Shown here: positions 30,044-37,178 of the stretch, in pieces
Position numbering within the stretch: position 1 is the first letter of the stretch
Layout: each line of letters opens with the position of its first letter
Assembly: GCA_041652935.1 (NCBI GenBank)
Contig: JBAZGH010000002.1
Coordinates: 18,039 to 64,194 of the forward strand
DNA: 46,156 bases
Origin: Patescibacteria group bacterium
Lineage (GTDB): Bacteria > Patescibacteriota > Patescibacteriia > Patescibacteriales > XYC2-FULL-47-12
Direction: 5' to 3'
Position numbers and translations under genes: made by a program
Notes under the pieces: model-generated
Told to the model about the DNA's origin: nothing
Database searches by the model: none
The model's input: only the letters and a program-made list of their open reading frames with translations

Positions 30044-30988
30044 ATGCCTGTGAGAAAGAAAATACAAATAATATTATTTATTTCTATTTTAGTTTTTACC
30101 AACGTTTTTTTTATTAAACAAAATCCAGTTCAGGCCGCTTACAGCGGCAATTCTTCCGGCTATGCCTGGAGCGAGCAGGGAGGATGGATTAGCTTTGAAA
30201 CTGCCGATGATTATGGAGCGCAGGTAGCAGACACTTATTTAGACGGTTATATCTGGGGCGAGAAAATCGGCTATATTTCCTTAAAGCGCGACAGCGATTC
30301 GCCGGATTATGGAATTACTAATGCTATGGCCGGCGGAGAAGGCAAACTAAGCGGACAGGTTTGGAGCGAACAGGCCGGCTATATTAAATTTGCCGCAGAC
30401 GGTTCCGACTATTCCAATGATTCCGCGGCTAATTATGGAGTTAAAATTGACAGCAGCGGGGTTTTTAGCGGTTATGCCTGGGGTGAAAAAATCGGCTGGA
30501 TTAGCTTCAGCGGCAGCTGCGATACTGGCGCGGCTGATGCCTGCGACGGCGGAACTTACGGAGTAACAACCACTTGGCGGCCGAACCTTCCTCCCGACGC
30601 TCCGGTTTTGGAATCCCCGGCTAACGAATCCGCGATTAATGATAATACCCCCCTCTTATCCGCTTCTTATTCCGACTCCGATGACGGAGATACGGGCAAA
30701 ACTTATTACCGCATTGCCGCCAGCGCGGAAAATTGCCTGGCCGGCACGATTATTATTTCCGGCGCTTCTTCAGAAACTCTTACCAATAACGCTACTACTA
30801 TTTGGACTCCGCCTTCCTCGATCGGCACCAGCGGAACTTATTACTGGTGCGCGCAGAACAACGACGGCCAGGATACGTCCGACTGGACTTCGATGGGCAG
30901 TTTTATTTTAAACTATGATGAGTCTATCTCGGGGGTAGACCTTGGCGGTGGGGGAATGGAAATAGAGGGGATAGAATTCTATGAATAA
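30044..30988 (+). CDS. Secreted repeat protein (four G-x-x-W-[SG]-E-x-x-G-[WY]-I-x-[FL] units plus an Ig/FN3-like C-terminal domain)
   Basis: Signal peptide ending ...PVQA. Repeats are GYAWSEQGGWISF, GYIWGEKIGYISL, GQVWSEQAGYIKF and GYAWGEKIGWISF. ATG 30044 is preferred because the track start 29975 overlaps the previous gene. Confidence 0.55.
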   Translation: MPVRKKIQIILFISILVFTNVFFIKQNPVQAAYSGNSSGYAWSEQGGWISFETADDYGAQVADTYLDGYIWGEKIGYISLKRDSDSPDYGITNAMAGGEGKLSGQVWSEQAGYIKFAADGSDYSNDSAANYGVKIDSSGVFSGYAWGEKIGWISFSGSCDTGAADACDGGTYGVTTTWRPNLPPDAPVLESPANESAINDNTPLLSASYSDSDDGDTGKTYYRIAASAENCLAGTIIISGASSETLTNNATTIWTPPSSIGTSGTYYWCAQNNDGQDTSDWTSMGSFILNYDESISGVDLGGGGMEIEGIEFYE

Positions 30989-30995
30989 ATTAATC

Positions 30996-31052
30996 CCACG
31001 AATCTACAAATACACTACAAATATACAAATATTCGTATTTGTAGATTTGTGG
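30996..31052. repeat. Family F hairpin
   Basis: ccacgaatctacaaatac (30996-31013) pairs with gtatttgtagatttgtgg (31035-31052): 18 positions with 1 mismatch. Confidence 0.8.
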
Positions 31053-31065
31053 AGAACGATGAACC

Positions 31066-31785
31066 ATGGATGATTATCTAAGAAAAATTAAAAAAGTTTG
31101 GCAGGAATTTATAAAAAAACCATGGGCTTCTCATGTTTTGTGGTCTATTTTTTTTCTGATTGTCGTTTTATTATTAAATTTCTTTCACCAAAGAGAATTA
31201 AAACAAATAGATATCAATGATTTTAATCGCGGCCGATTAATGACTGAACAAGGCCGGCAATATGTTGACGACAGAAGCTTAACGGCTATAAGTGAAGAAA
31301 CTATAGAAAAAGAACAATCGGTCTGGGAAGAAATAAACGGCTCTCCCTTTAAAAAGTACAGCGAAATAAATTATCAAAGCAACGGCCAAGTTATTAATTT
31401 ATCATCAGGGATGGCAAAAAAAGACAATTTAACCGGTTTAATCTGGAGCAGCCGGTCTTCCGAACCTCTGTCTGATAATTTTACTTTAAACGAGGACGGA
31501 AATATCAGCGGCGGCGAAGCGGTTGACTTTTGCCAGGCTTTGAATAAAATAAAGTATGCTGGTTATAACAACTGGAATTTGCCGACCCAGAAGCAGTTAA
31601 TGCAGGCCTATGTTGACGGCGCTTCTGTAAGTTTGGCGGAGATAGCGACCTATTTTTGGTCCGGCACGGAATTTTTAGGCGATTCCAGCCGGGCTTGGCG
31701 GGTAAATTTAAGAGCCGGAGATGTGGCTAGCAGCCCAAAAAATAACAGCAGCACGATGTACGCGGTTTGTGTAGCTGGGGATTAA
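31066..31785 (+). CDS. DUF1566 / Lcl C-terminal domain protein (C-type-lectin-like fold), membrane anchored
   Basis: One N-terminal TM helix. DNLTGLIWS...FCQAL...GYNNWNLPTQKQL...YFWSGTE...AWRVNLRAGDV...YAVCV matches the DUF1566 pattern as I recall it. Confidence 0.65.
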   Translation: MDDYLRKIKKVWQEFIKKPWASHVLWSIFFLIVVLLLNFFHQRELKQIDINDFNRGRLMTEQGRQYVDDRSLTAISEETIEKEQSVWEEINGSPFKKYSEINYQSNGQVINLSSGMAKKDNLTGLIWSSRSSEPLSDNFTLNEDGNISGGEAVDFCQALNKIKYAGYNNWNLPTQKQLMQAYVDGASVSLAEIATYFWSGTEFLGDSSRAWRVNLRAGDVASSPKNNSSTMYAVCVAGD

Positions 31786-31823
31786 AGAAGCTGTTAAATA
31801 TTTTAAAGATAAGTTTAATAAAT

Positions 31824-31972
31824 AAAATTTTTAATTTTATAATTTTTAATTTTTAAATAATACTTAATTTTTAAATCCTAAACACGACGACAAACGACTA
31901 TGAAAAAACCGTGTTTTTAAAAATTAAGATTTAAAATTTATTTAAAAATTACAAAATTAAAAATTAAAAATT
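31824..31972. repeat. Intergenic palindromic element, family C, with a central aaacacg...cgtgttt hairpin
   Basis: The arms are near-identical to those of the 14795-14927 element. The central stem is 31880-31886 / 31910-31916. Confidence 0.85.
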
Positions 31973-31982
31973 GTATAACATT

Positions 31983-32537
31983 ATGAAAAAAGGACTAATT
32001 ATCGCCGGAGTGATTATCATCATCTTAATATTTTCACTCTTCGGCTACTACAACAAATTCGTAACCGCCAATGAGAGCGTTGACGGCCAGTGGGCGCAGG
32101 TTGAGGCGCAGTACCAGAGGCGTTTTGACTTAATCCCCAATTTAGTGGAAAGCGTCAAGGGAATTATGGGTCAGGAAAAAGATGTCTTCGGGCAGCTGGC
32201 CGAGGCGCGCACCCACTACTCCGGAGCGGCGACAGTCAATGAAAAAGCCGGAGCGGCGACCGAGGTGGAATCCGCCTTGGGCAGACTTTTGGTAATAATG
32301 GAAAATTATCCGGAATTGAAATCAGCCGAGAATGTTAATACTTTAATGGCGCAGCTGGAGGGAACGGAAAACAGAATTAGCGTTGAGCGCGGACGTTTTA
32401 ATAATGCCGTTCGGGATTATAATGTTATGGTCAAGCGTTTTCCCGCCAATGTCTTAGCCGGTATGTTCGGTTTTGGCGAGCGGAATTATTTTGAGGCCTC
32501 ATCTGGTTCAGAGAATGCCCCCGAAGTTAAGTTTTAA
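31983..32537 (+). CDS. lemA: LemA family protein
   Basis: N-terminal TM helix followed by WAQVEAQYQRRFDLIPNLVESVKG...MAQLEGTENRISVERGRFN. Confidence 0.9.
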   Translation: MKKGLIIAGVIIIILIFSLFGYYNKFVTANESVDGQWAQVEAQYQRRFDLIPNLVESVKGIMGQEKDVFGQLAEARTHYSGAATVNEKAGAATEVESALGRLLVIMENYPELKSAENVNTLMAQLEGTENRISVERGRFNNAVRDYNVMVKRFPANVLAGMFGFGERNYFEASSGSENAPEVKF

Positions 32538-32559
32538 TATTCTGTAATTTTATTTTCTT

Positions 32560-32668
32560 TACGGATTAACACTGATTTATCACGGATTTTTACGGAGCAC
32601 GGATATTAGCTAATGCTTCTTCGGCGAGTATCCGTGCTCCGTATTTATCCGTGTTAATCTATGTTAAT
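32560..32668. repeat. Intergenic palindromic element, family D (opposite orientation to the 8771-8880 copy)
   Basis: Perfect 15-bp stem tacggagcacggata (32591-32605) / tatccgtgctccgta (32629-32643). The flanking attaacac.gattta..acggattttt string is shared with the reverse complement of the 8771-8880 element. Confidence 0.85.
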
Positions 32669-32672
32669 TAAT

Positions 32673-33554
32673 ATGAAAAAAACAATCATAATAATTTTAC
32701 TATTTTTAATAGCCTCTCCTGCTTTAGCATACTACAACCCCGGCGCTCCAACCGGGTTTGTTAATGACTACGCTAATATCATTGAGGACGGCTTGCAACA
32801 GGAGATGGAAAATAAATTAACGCAATTTGAGCAGGAATCCAGTAATGAAATTTCAGTAGTAACCATTCAGAATTTGGATGGCGATTATATTGAGAATTTT
32901 GCCGAGAAACTATTTGCTGAATGGGGGATTGGCAAAGAAGATAAAAACAACGGCGTTTTAGTGCTTGTGGCGCTGGAAGATCGGGAAATGCGGATTGAAG
33001 TCGGTTATGGGCTGGAAGGAGCGCTGACTGATGCGCAAAGTAACTGGATTATCAATAACGAGATGAAACCGGCTTTTAAAGAAGAGCGGTATGGAGACGG
33101 CATTAACGAAGCGGTTGATAAGATAATCAGCGCGACTAAAGGAGAATATATCTCATCAGAACTTGGGAGTCCGATTACCAACGGGGAGTCAGACTCCCTT
33201 GATTGGAGTTTTATATTCTGGATTGTAATATTCGGTTTTTTGTGGCTGGCGGCAATTTTAGGCCGGAGCAAGTCCTGGTGGGCGGGCGGAGTGATTGGCG
33301 GAGTGGCCGGAATTATTATTGGCTTGATCAAAGGATTCCTTTGGCTGGGGCTGGGCGCGATTGCAATTTTAATTCCTTTCGGCCTGTTATTTGATTTTAT
33401 TGTTTCTAAAAAATATCATGCGGCTAAATCAGCCGGACATATTGTGCCCTGGTGGATTGGCGGGGGACGGGGCGGCGGGAGATTCGGCGGCGGAGGTTTT
33501 GGCGGTTTTGGAGGGGGAATGTCCGGCGGTGGGGGAAGTTCAGGAAGTTGGTAA
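32673..33554 (+). CDS. TPM-domain protein (YgcG-like) with TM helices and a Gly-rich tail
   Basis: FVNDYANII...ISVVTIQNLDG...NNGVLVLVALEDREMRIEVGYGLEG, and a C-terminal GGGRFGGGGFGGFGGG tail. It lies directly downstream of lemA, which is a commonly conserved pair. Confidence 0.85.
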   Translation: MKKTIIIILLFLIASPALAYYNPGAPTGFVNDYANIIEDGLQQEMENKLTQFEQESSNEISVVTIQNLDGDYIENFAEKLFAEWGIGKEDKNNGVLVLVALEDREMRIEVGYGLEGALTDAQSNWIINNEMKPAFKEERYGDGINEAVDKIISATKGEYISSELGSPITNGESDSLDWSFIFWIVIFGFLWLAAILGRSKSWWAGGVIGGVAGIIIGLIKGFLWLGLGAIAILIPFGLLFDFIVSKKYHAAKSAGHIVPWWIGGGRGGGRFGGGGFGGFGGGMSGGGGSSGSW

Positions 33555-33557
33555 GAT

Positions 33558-34040
33558 GAATAATTTCCAATTTTTAATTTTTAAACAATTTTTAATTACC
33601 AAATGTTTTAAACACGACGCCGTGTTTAGAAAATAACAAGTAGCGTATGCAGTACGACTTAGAAGAAAGAACTAGAAAATTTAGTAAAATATAATATCAA
33701 CATTATCCAAAATTAAAGAAAATAGTATTAATAAAAGTATAATAAATCAAATAATTAGATCAGCTACTAGTGTCGGTGCTAACTGCATGGAAGCTAATCA
33801 AGCTAGTTCAAAAAGAGATTTTAAGAATAAAATATTTATTTGTAGAAAAGAAATACAAGAAACTAAATATTAGATAGAAATGCTTGCACAGACAAATTTA
33901 GAAATAAAAACAGAATTAAGGATTTTATGGAAAGAGGCACATGAATTAACATTAATTTTTAATAAGATATCATCAAGTTTAAGAAATTAAAGAATTAGTT
34001 AATTGTTTAAAAATTAGAAATTAGAAATTGAAAATTAATA
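33558..34040. repeat. Family C-like inverted-repeat arms bracketing a hairpin and the four-helix-bundle pseudogene
   Basis: The left arm aataatttccaatttttaatttttaaacaatt (from 33559) matches the reverse complement of the right arm, ttaattttcaatttctaatttctaatttttaaacaatt (arm ending about 34040). The perfect hairpin taaacacg-acgc-cgtgttta at 33609-33628 re-uses the stem seen at 31880-31916. Confidence 0.65.
33647..33990 (+). pseudogene. Decayed four-helix-bundle protein gene (23S rRNA intervening-sequence protein / Avd-like family)
   Basis: The manual translation gives MQYDLEERTRKFSKI then a frameshift, then ...INKSIINQIIRSATSVGANCMEANQASSKRDFKNKIFICRKEIQETKY*IEMLAQ...ELTLIFNKISSSLRN. The span is 344 nt, not a multiple of 3. 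An in-frame TAG (33871-33873) sits where the family's conserved Trp (YW) is expected. Confidence 0.7.
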
Positions 34041-34043
34041 ACT

Positions 34044-35303
34044 ATGTACAAACTTCAAAAATTAAAAAACGGCGTCCGACTGATAACCATTCCCATGTCT
34101 GCCACGCAGACTTTTACTATTTTAGTGATGGTAGCGGCTGGTTCACGGCATGAGGATAAAGAAAATAACGGCATATCACATTTTTTAGAGCATATGTTTT
34201 TTAAAGGCACAAATAAGAGGCCGGACACGCTGGCGATTTCCAGCGAGCTGGATAAGATTGGGGGGGAGTATAATGCTTTTACCTCAAAAGAGTATACCGG
34301 TTATTATGCCAAAGTAGACAGCCGAAATGCCGGGACAGCGATTAATGTTATTGGCGATATTTTTCATAATTCAAAATTTGATTCGCGGGAGATAGAAAAG
34401 GAAAAGGGGGTAATTCTTGAAGAGATAAATATGTACGAGAATAATCCTTTTATCCATATTGATGATTTGTTTGAAGGATGCCTTTACGGGGATACGCCGG
34501 CCGGCTGGGATACTATCGGCACTAAAGAGAATATTAAAAAATTCAAAAGAAAGGATTTTATTGATTATTTAAATTCAAAATACCAGGGCAAAGACATAGT
34601 TGTTTGTTTGGCGGGAAATTTTCAAAAGGGAGATATTGGATTGGCAAAAAGATTATTTTCCAAAAAAGAAGCAGGAGAGAAAAATGAAGTTTATAAATAC
34701 ACGGAAACGCAGGGCGGGCCGCGGGTAAAAATAAAAAAGCAGAAAGTAAACCAGGTCAGCTTATCTCTGGGGGCAGGGGCGTACAGCTACTATGAAAAAA
34801 ATTATTACGCGGCCAAAGTGCTGGGGGTAATTTTGGGCGGGTCAATGAGTTCAAGGTTGTTTATTAAAATAAGAGAGAGGGGTCTGGCTTACCAGGCGCA
34901 TACCGAAGTTGAAGCATATAATGACAGCGGATATTTAACAACGGTAGCGGGAACTTCATATGATAAAGTTGGGCGGGTTATTAAAACAATTTTAAACGAG
35001 TATAAAAAAATAAAGTCAGCTGGCGTCGGAAATGAAGAATTAAAAAAAGCAAAAGACTACATCAAGGGCAAGACAATTTTACGGCTTGAATCTTCCGCTG
35101 AAACAGCCAGCTGGATCACTCGGCGGGAAATTCTTAATCAGAAAATATTAACTCCCGAAGATTATTTTAAAATTATAGACAAGATAAAACCGGGGGACTT
35201 GAAAATGGTTGCCGAAGAAATATTTAACACCAATAATTTGAATTTAGCCATTATCGGAGAAAATTTCCAGGAAAATAAGCTAAAACCCCTGTTAAAAATA
35301 TAG
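34044..35303 (+). CDS. M16-family zinc peptidase (insulinase/pitrilysin-like)
   Basis: HFLEHMFFKGT (HxxEH inverted zincin motif), a downstream EKGVILEEI glutamate region, and 419 aa. Confidence 0.85.
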   Translation: MYKLQKLKNGVRLITIPMSATQTFTILVMVAAGSRHEDKENNGISHFLEHMFFKGTNKRPDTLAISSELDKIGGEYNAFTSKEYTGYYAKVDSRNAGTAINVIGDIFHNSKFDSREIEKEKGVILEEINMYENNPFIHIDDLFEGCLYGDTPAGWDTIGTKENIKKFKRKDFIDYLNSKYQGKDIVVCLAGNFQKGDIGLAKRLFSKKEAGEKNEVYKYTETQGGPRVKIKKQKVNQVSLSLGAGAYSYYEKNYYAAKVLGVILGGSMSSRLFIKIRERGLAYQAHTEVEAYNDSGYLTTVAGTSYDKVGRVIKTILNEYKKIKSAGVGNEELKKAKDYIKGKTILRLESSAETASWITRREILNQKILTPEDYFKIIDKIKPGDLKMVAEEIFNTNNLNLAIIGENFQENKLKPLLKI

Positions 35304-36098
35304 ATTTTACTGAATAAAAATCTATCCGATATAAAATTTAATCTAATATTAGATAAAAATTACTCCAATGATATATGGGGTAATTTTTTGTTTTAATGCA
35401 TTTTAAAGCATTATAGTACCAACTAAAATCTATCCGATAGTGTTTTATAGAGGTTTTTGTGTAAAATAATTATCGAGAAAAAAAACATAAATTATAGCCG
35501 GCAGTTATAAATATTTATTAATCATCATTAATTCATGCAGTTAGTTTTATCAAAAAAAAGACATTGTTTTATTTTTGAATTTAATAATTTTTTATTATGT
35601 TAATTTTTACATTTTTTGTACTTATTATAATTATTTTTTGATTTATATCTACTCCACAGAAAGTAGTAAGCATTCAATCCGATATCAATTTTTAGCTAAT
35701 ATTAGACTGCCATTTTAAATTTTTAAAATTAAACTCAGGGATTATCTAATTATGGTTTTTTAGCGTTAAGTTTAAAGATGGGCGCGGAATACAAAATATA
35801 TCAGCATAAATTTGACGCATAAAAAGGGAAATAAAGCATTGATTCGCCGGCGGAAAAAACTACGACCGCCCCGCATTTTTATCCGGGAATAATTCAGCGG
35901 TTGAATATAGGAAATAAAATTGAAAAATATTTTTATCATTATCAAAACCATTATTCAGATTAGAGAGAATCGGGCATGCCGAGATTCGTTTTAAATAATC
36001 GTTTTAAATAATGAAGCATTATAATAATAAGATGGAATTTATCCGATACTCTAAAATACTTTATTTATTATAATAAATCGGATTTCAATAACCGTGGA

Positions 36099-36743
36099 GT
36101 GGACGGACGTAGAGTGTTTGTAGATAAATGGGATTATGTGAGGTTTTTGGAGAGTATGCGATATTTTAATCAAATTAATCCATTTGGTAGTTTTTACGAA
36201 CAAAGTTTTATAACTCAAAATAGAGATAATTTAAATTATGTTCCTCGGAGCAACTATAGTTGCTCCGAGGAACTAGATAAACCATTAATAGAAATTATTG
36301 CCTATTGCTTGAATTCGAATCATTATCACTTGTTAGTGAAACAGAATATAGAAAATGGTATATCAAAATTTACACAAAAGGTCATGGCTGGATATACTCG
36401 TTATTTTAATAATAAATATAATAGATATGGCTCGTTATTCCAAGGAAAGTTCAAAGCTAAAGAAATAAAATCAACATACGGATTAATTAAGCTGTCTATC
36501 TATGTAAATTGTAATGCAGAAATACATGACATAGCAAAGAAGGAAAATTGGTTATGGAGTAGCTGTGGAGAGTATAGTTCAGTTCCTTCGAGCAACTATA
36601 GTTGCTCGAAGGAACAAGCGAAGGAACAAATAAAGGAAGTTTTATCTGAATTTAACAATGCTCAAGAATATATAAACTTTTGCAATGAATTAATTCCAGA
36701 GATAAGAATAATAAAAAATTTAGAGAAATATGGATTAGAGTAA
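36099..36743 (+). CDS. Y1/HuH transposase (IS200/IS605 TnpA-like or REP-associated tyrosine transposase), possibly 5'-truncated
   Basis: HuH motif NSNHYHLLV and the Tyr helix LSIYVNCNA. The conserved N-terminal strand continues in frame upstream (..FNNRGVDGRRVF) but with no ATG. The only start candidate is GTG at 36099. Confidence 0.6.
   Translation: MDGRRVFVDKWDYVRFLESMRYFNQINPFGSFYEQSFITQNRDNLNYVPRSNYSCSEELDKPLIEIIAYCLNSNHYHLLVKQNIENGISKFTQKVMAGYTRYFNNKYNRYGSLFQGKFKAKEIKSTYGLIKLSIYVNCNAEIHDIAKKENWLWSSCGEYSSVPSSNYSCSKEQAKEQIKEVLSEFNNAQEYINFCNELIPEIRIIKNLEKYGLE
36240..36273. repeat. Perfect 34-bp palindrome P1 inside the transposase ORF
   Basis: GTTCCTCGGAGCAACTATAGTTGCTCCGAGGAAC equals its own reverse complement. 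It is translated in frame as VPRSNYSCSEE. Confidence 0.95.
36582..36615. repeat. Perfect 34-bp palindrome P2 inside the transposase ORF
   Basis: GTTCCTTCGAGCAACTATAGTTGCTCGAAGGAAC equals its own reverse complement. It is translated in frame as VPSSNYSCSKE. It differs from P1 by two compensatory base-pair swaps. Confidence 0.95.
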
Positions 36744-36755
36744 AAATTTCAAAAA

Positions 36756-36786
36756 AGCACCCAGTCCTCTGCGAGGACTGGGTGCT
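36756..36786 (-). terminator. Strong hairpin (14-bp perfect stem, 3-nt loop) with the U-run on the minus strand
   Basis: agcacccagtcctc-tgc-gaggactgggtgct. On the minus strand the stem is followed by tttttt. On the plus strand it follows the transposase stop by 13 nt but has no T-run. Confidence 0.5.
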
Positions 36787-37178
36787 AAATTTATGGAATA
36801 ATTTAAATTAAAAGCCAGAAAATTATTAGAAGCATTGTGAAATAAAAGATAAAATATATCGGATACATTTGTGGAAAACTTATAATTTATTTTAAGTTTG
36901 CAAATAATATGTGGGGACAATTTAAAAGTTAAAAGCAACATATCAAATCATATCTTTTGTTTTTAGTAGAAATTTTATTGATTATATGATATTTATGGGG
37001 TTTTCTTTGCTTCCTGATTATGCTTTTAACTGTATCGGATAGATAAATTATTATAGTTTTATTTATTGCGGCAAGTAGGCAAAAAATGTTATAATTAATC
37101 TAACTTATAAAATTTATCCGATACTATATTTTAAATTAACTTTGTTTAATTTTTTTAATAAACTTGGTTATATTCCCC

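Larger units (their letters stand above)
35323..37123. repeat. Cluster of seven copies of the 9-mer [TA]ATCCGATA (six exact TATCCGATA), in both orientations, in AT-rich non-coding DNA
   Basis: Plus-strand copies are at 35323, 35431, 35676 (AATCCGATA), 36040 and 37115. Reverse-complement copies (TATCGGATA) are at 36857 and 37033. Confidence 0.85.

Noticed and set aside
33203-33636. ORFs at 33203-33394 and 33391-33636 overlapping the TPM gene's Gly-rich tail and the downstream repeat element.
   Set aside because: These are out-of-frame readings of the GGN-rich tail and of an intergenic palindromic element. Neither has a recognisable domain.
33871-33873. The in-frame TAG at a conserved Trp position might indicate stop-codon reassignment.
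   Set aside because: The same gene also has a frameshift. TAG, TAA and TGA all terminate well-supported genes in this window, and Trp is TGG elsewhere. Pseudogenisation is the simpler explanation.
31066-33990. An active diversity-generating retroelement (DUF1566 target plus an Avd-like gene).
   Set aside because: No reverse transcriptase ORF and no template repeat matching a variable region are present in the window, and the Avd-like gene is disrupted.
35597-35641. A 14-codon hydrophobic mini-ORF (MLIFTFFVLIIIIF) that could be a type I toxin or a leader peptide.
   Set aside because: Phe/Ile/Leu-rich mini-ORFs are expected by chance in T-rich DNA. There is no ribosome-binding site or partner antisense structure.
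36735-36941. A minus-strand 68-aa ORF downstream of the transposase.
   Set aside because: It is AT-rich and low in complexity, it spans the strong hairpin, and it has no motif support. It is more likely non-coding.
35304-37178. Chromosomal replication origin, suggested by clustered DnaA-box-like TTATCC/CTATCC motifs in AT-rich DNA.
   Set aside because: The motif differs from TTATCCACA in its last three positions. No dnaA or dnaN gene is nearby. Flanking genes on both sides are on the same strand, so there is no orientation switch. The idea is kept only as a low-probability alternative inside a finding.
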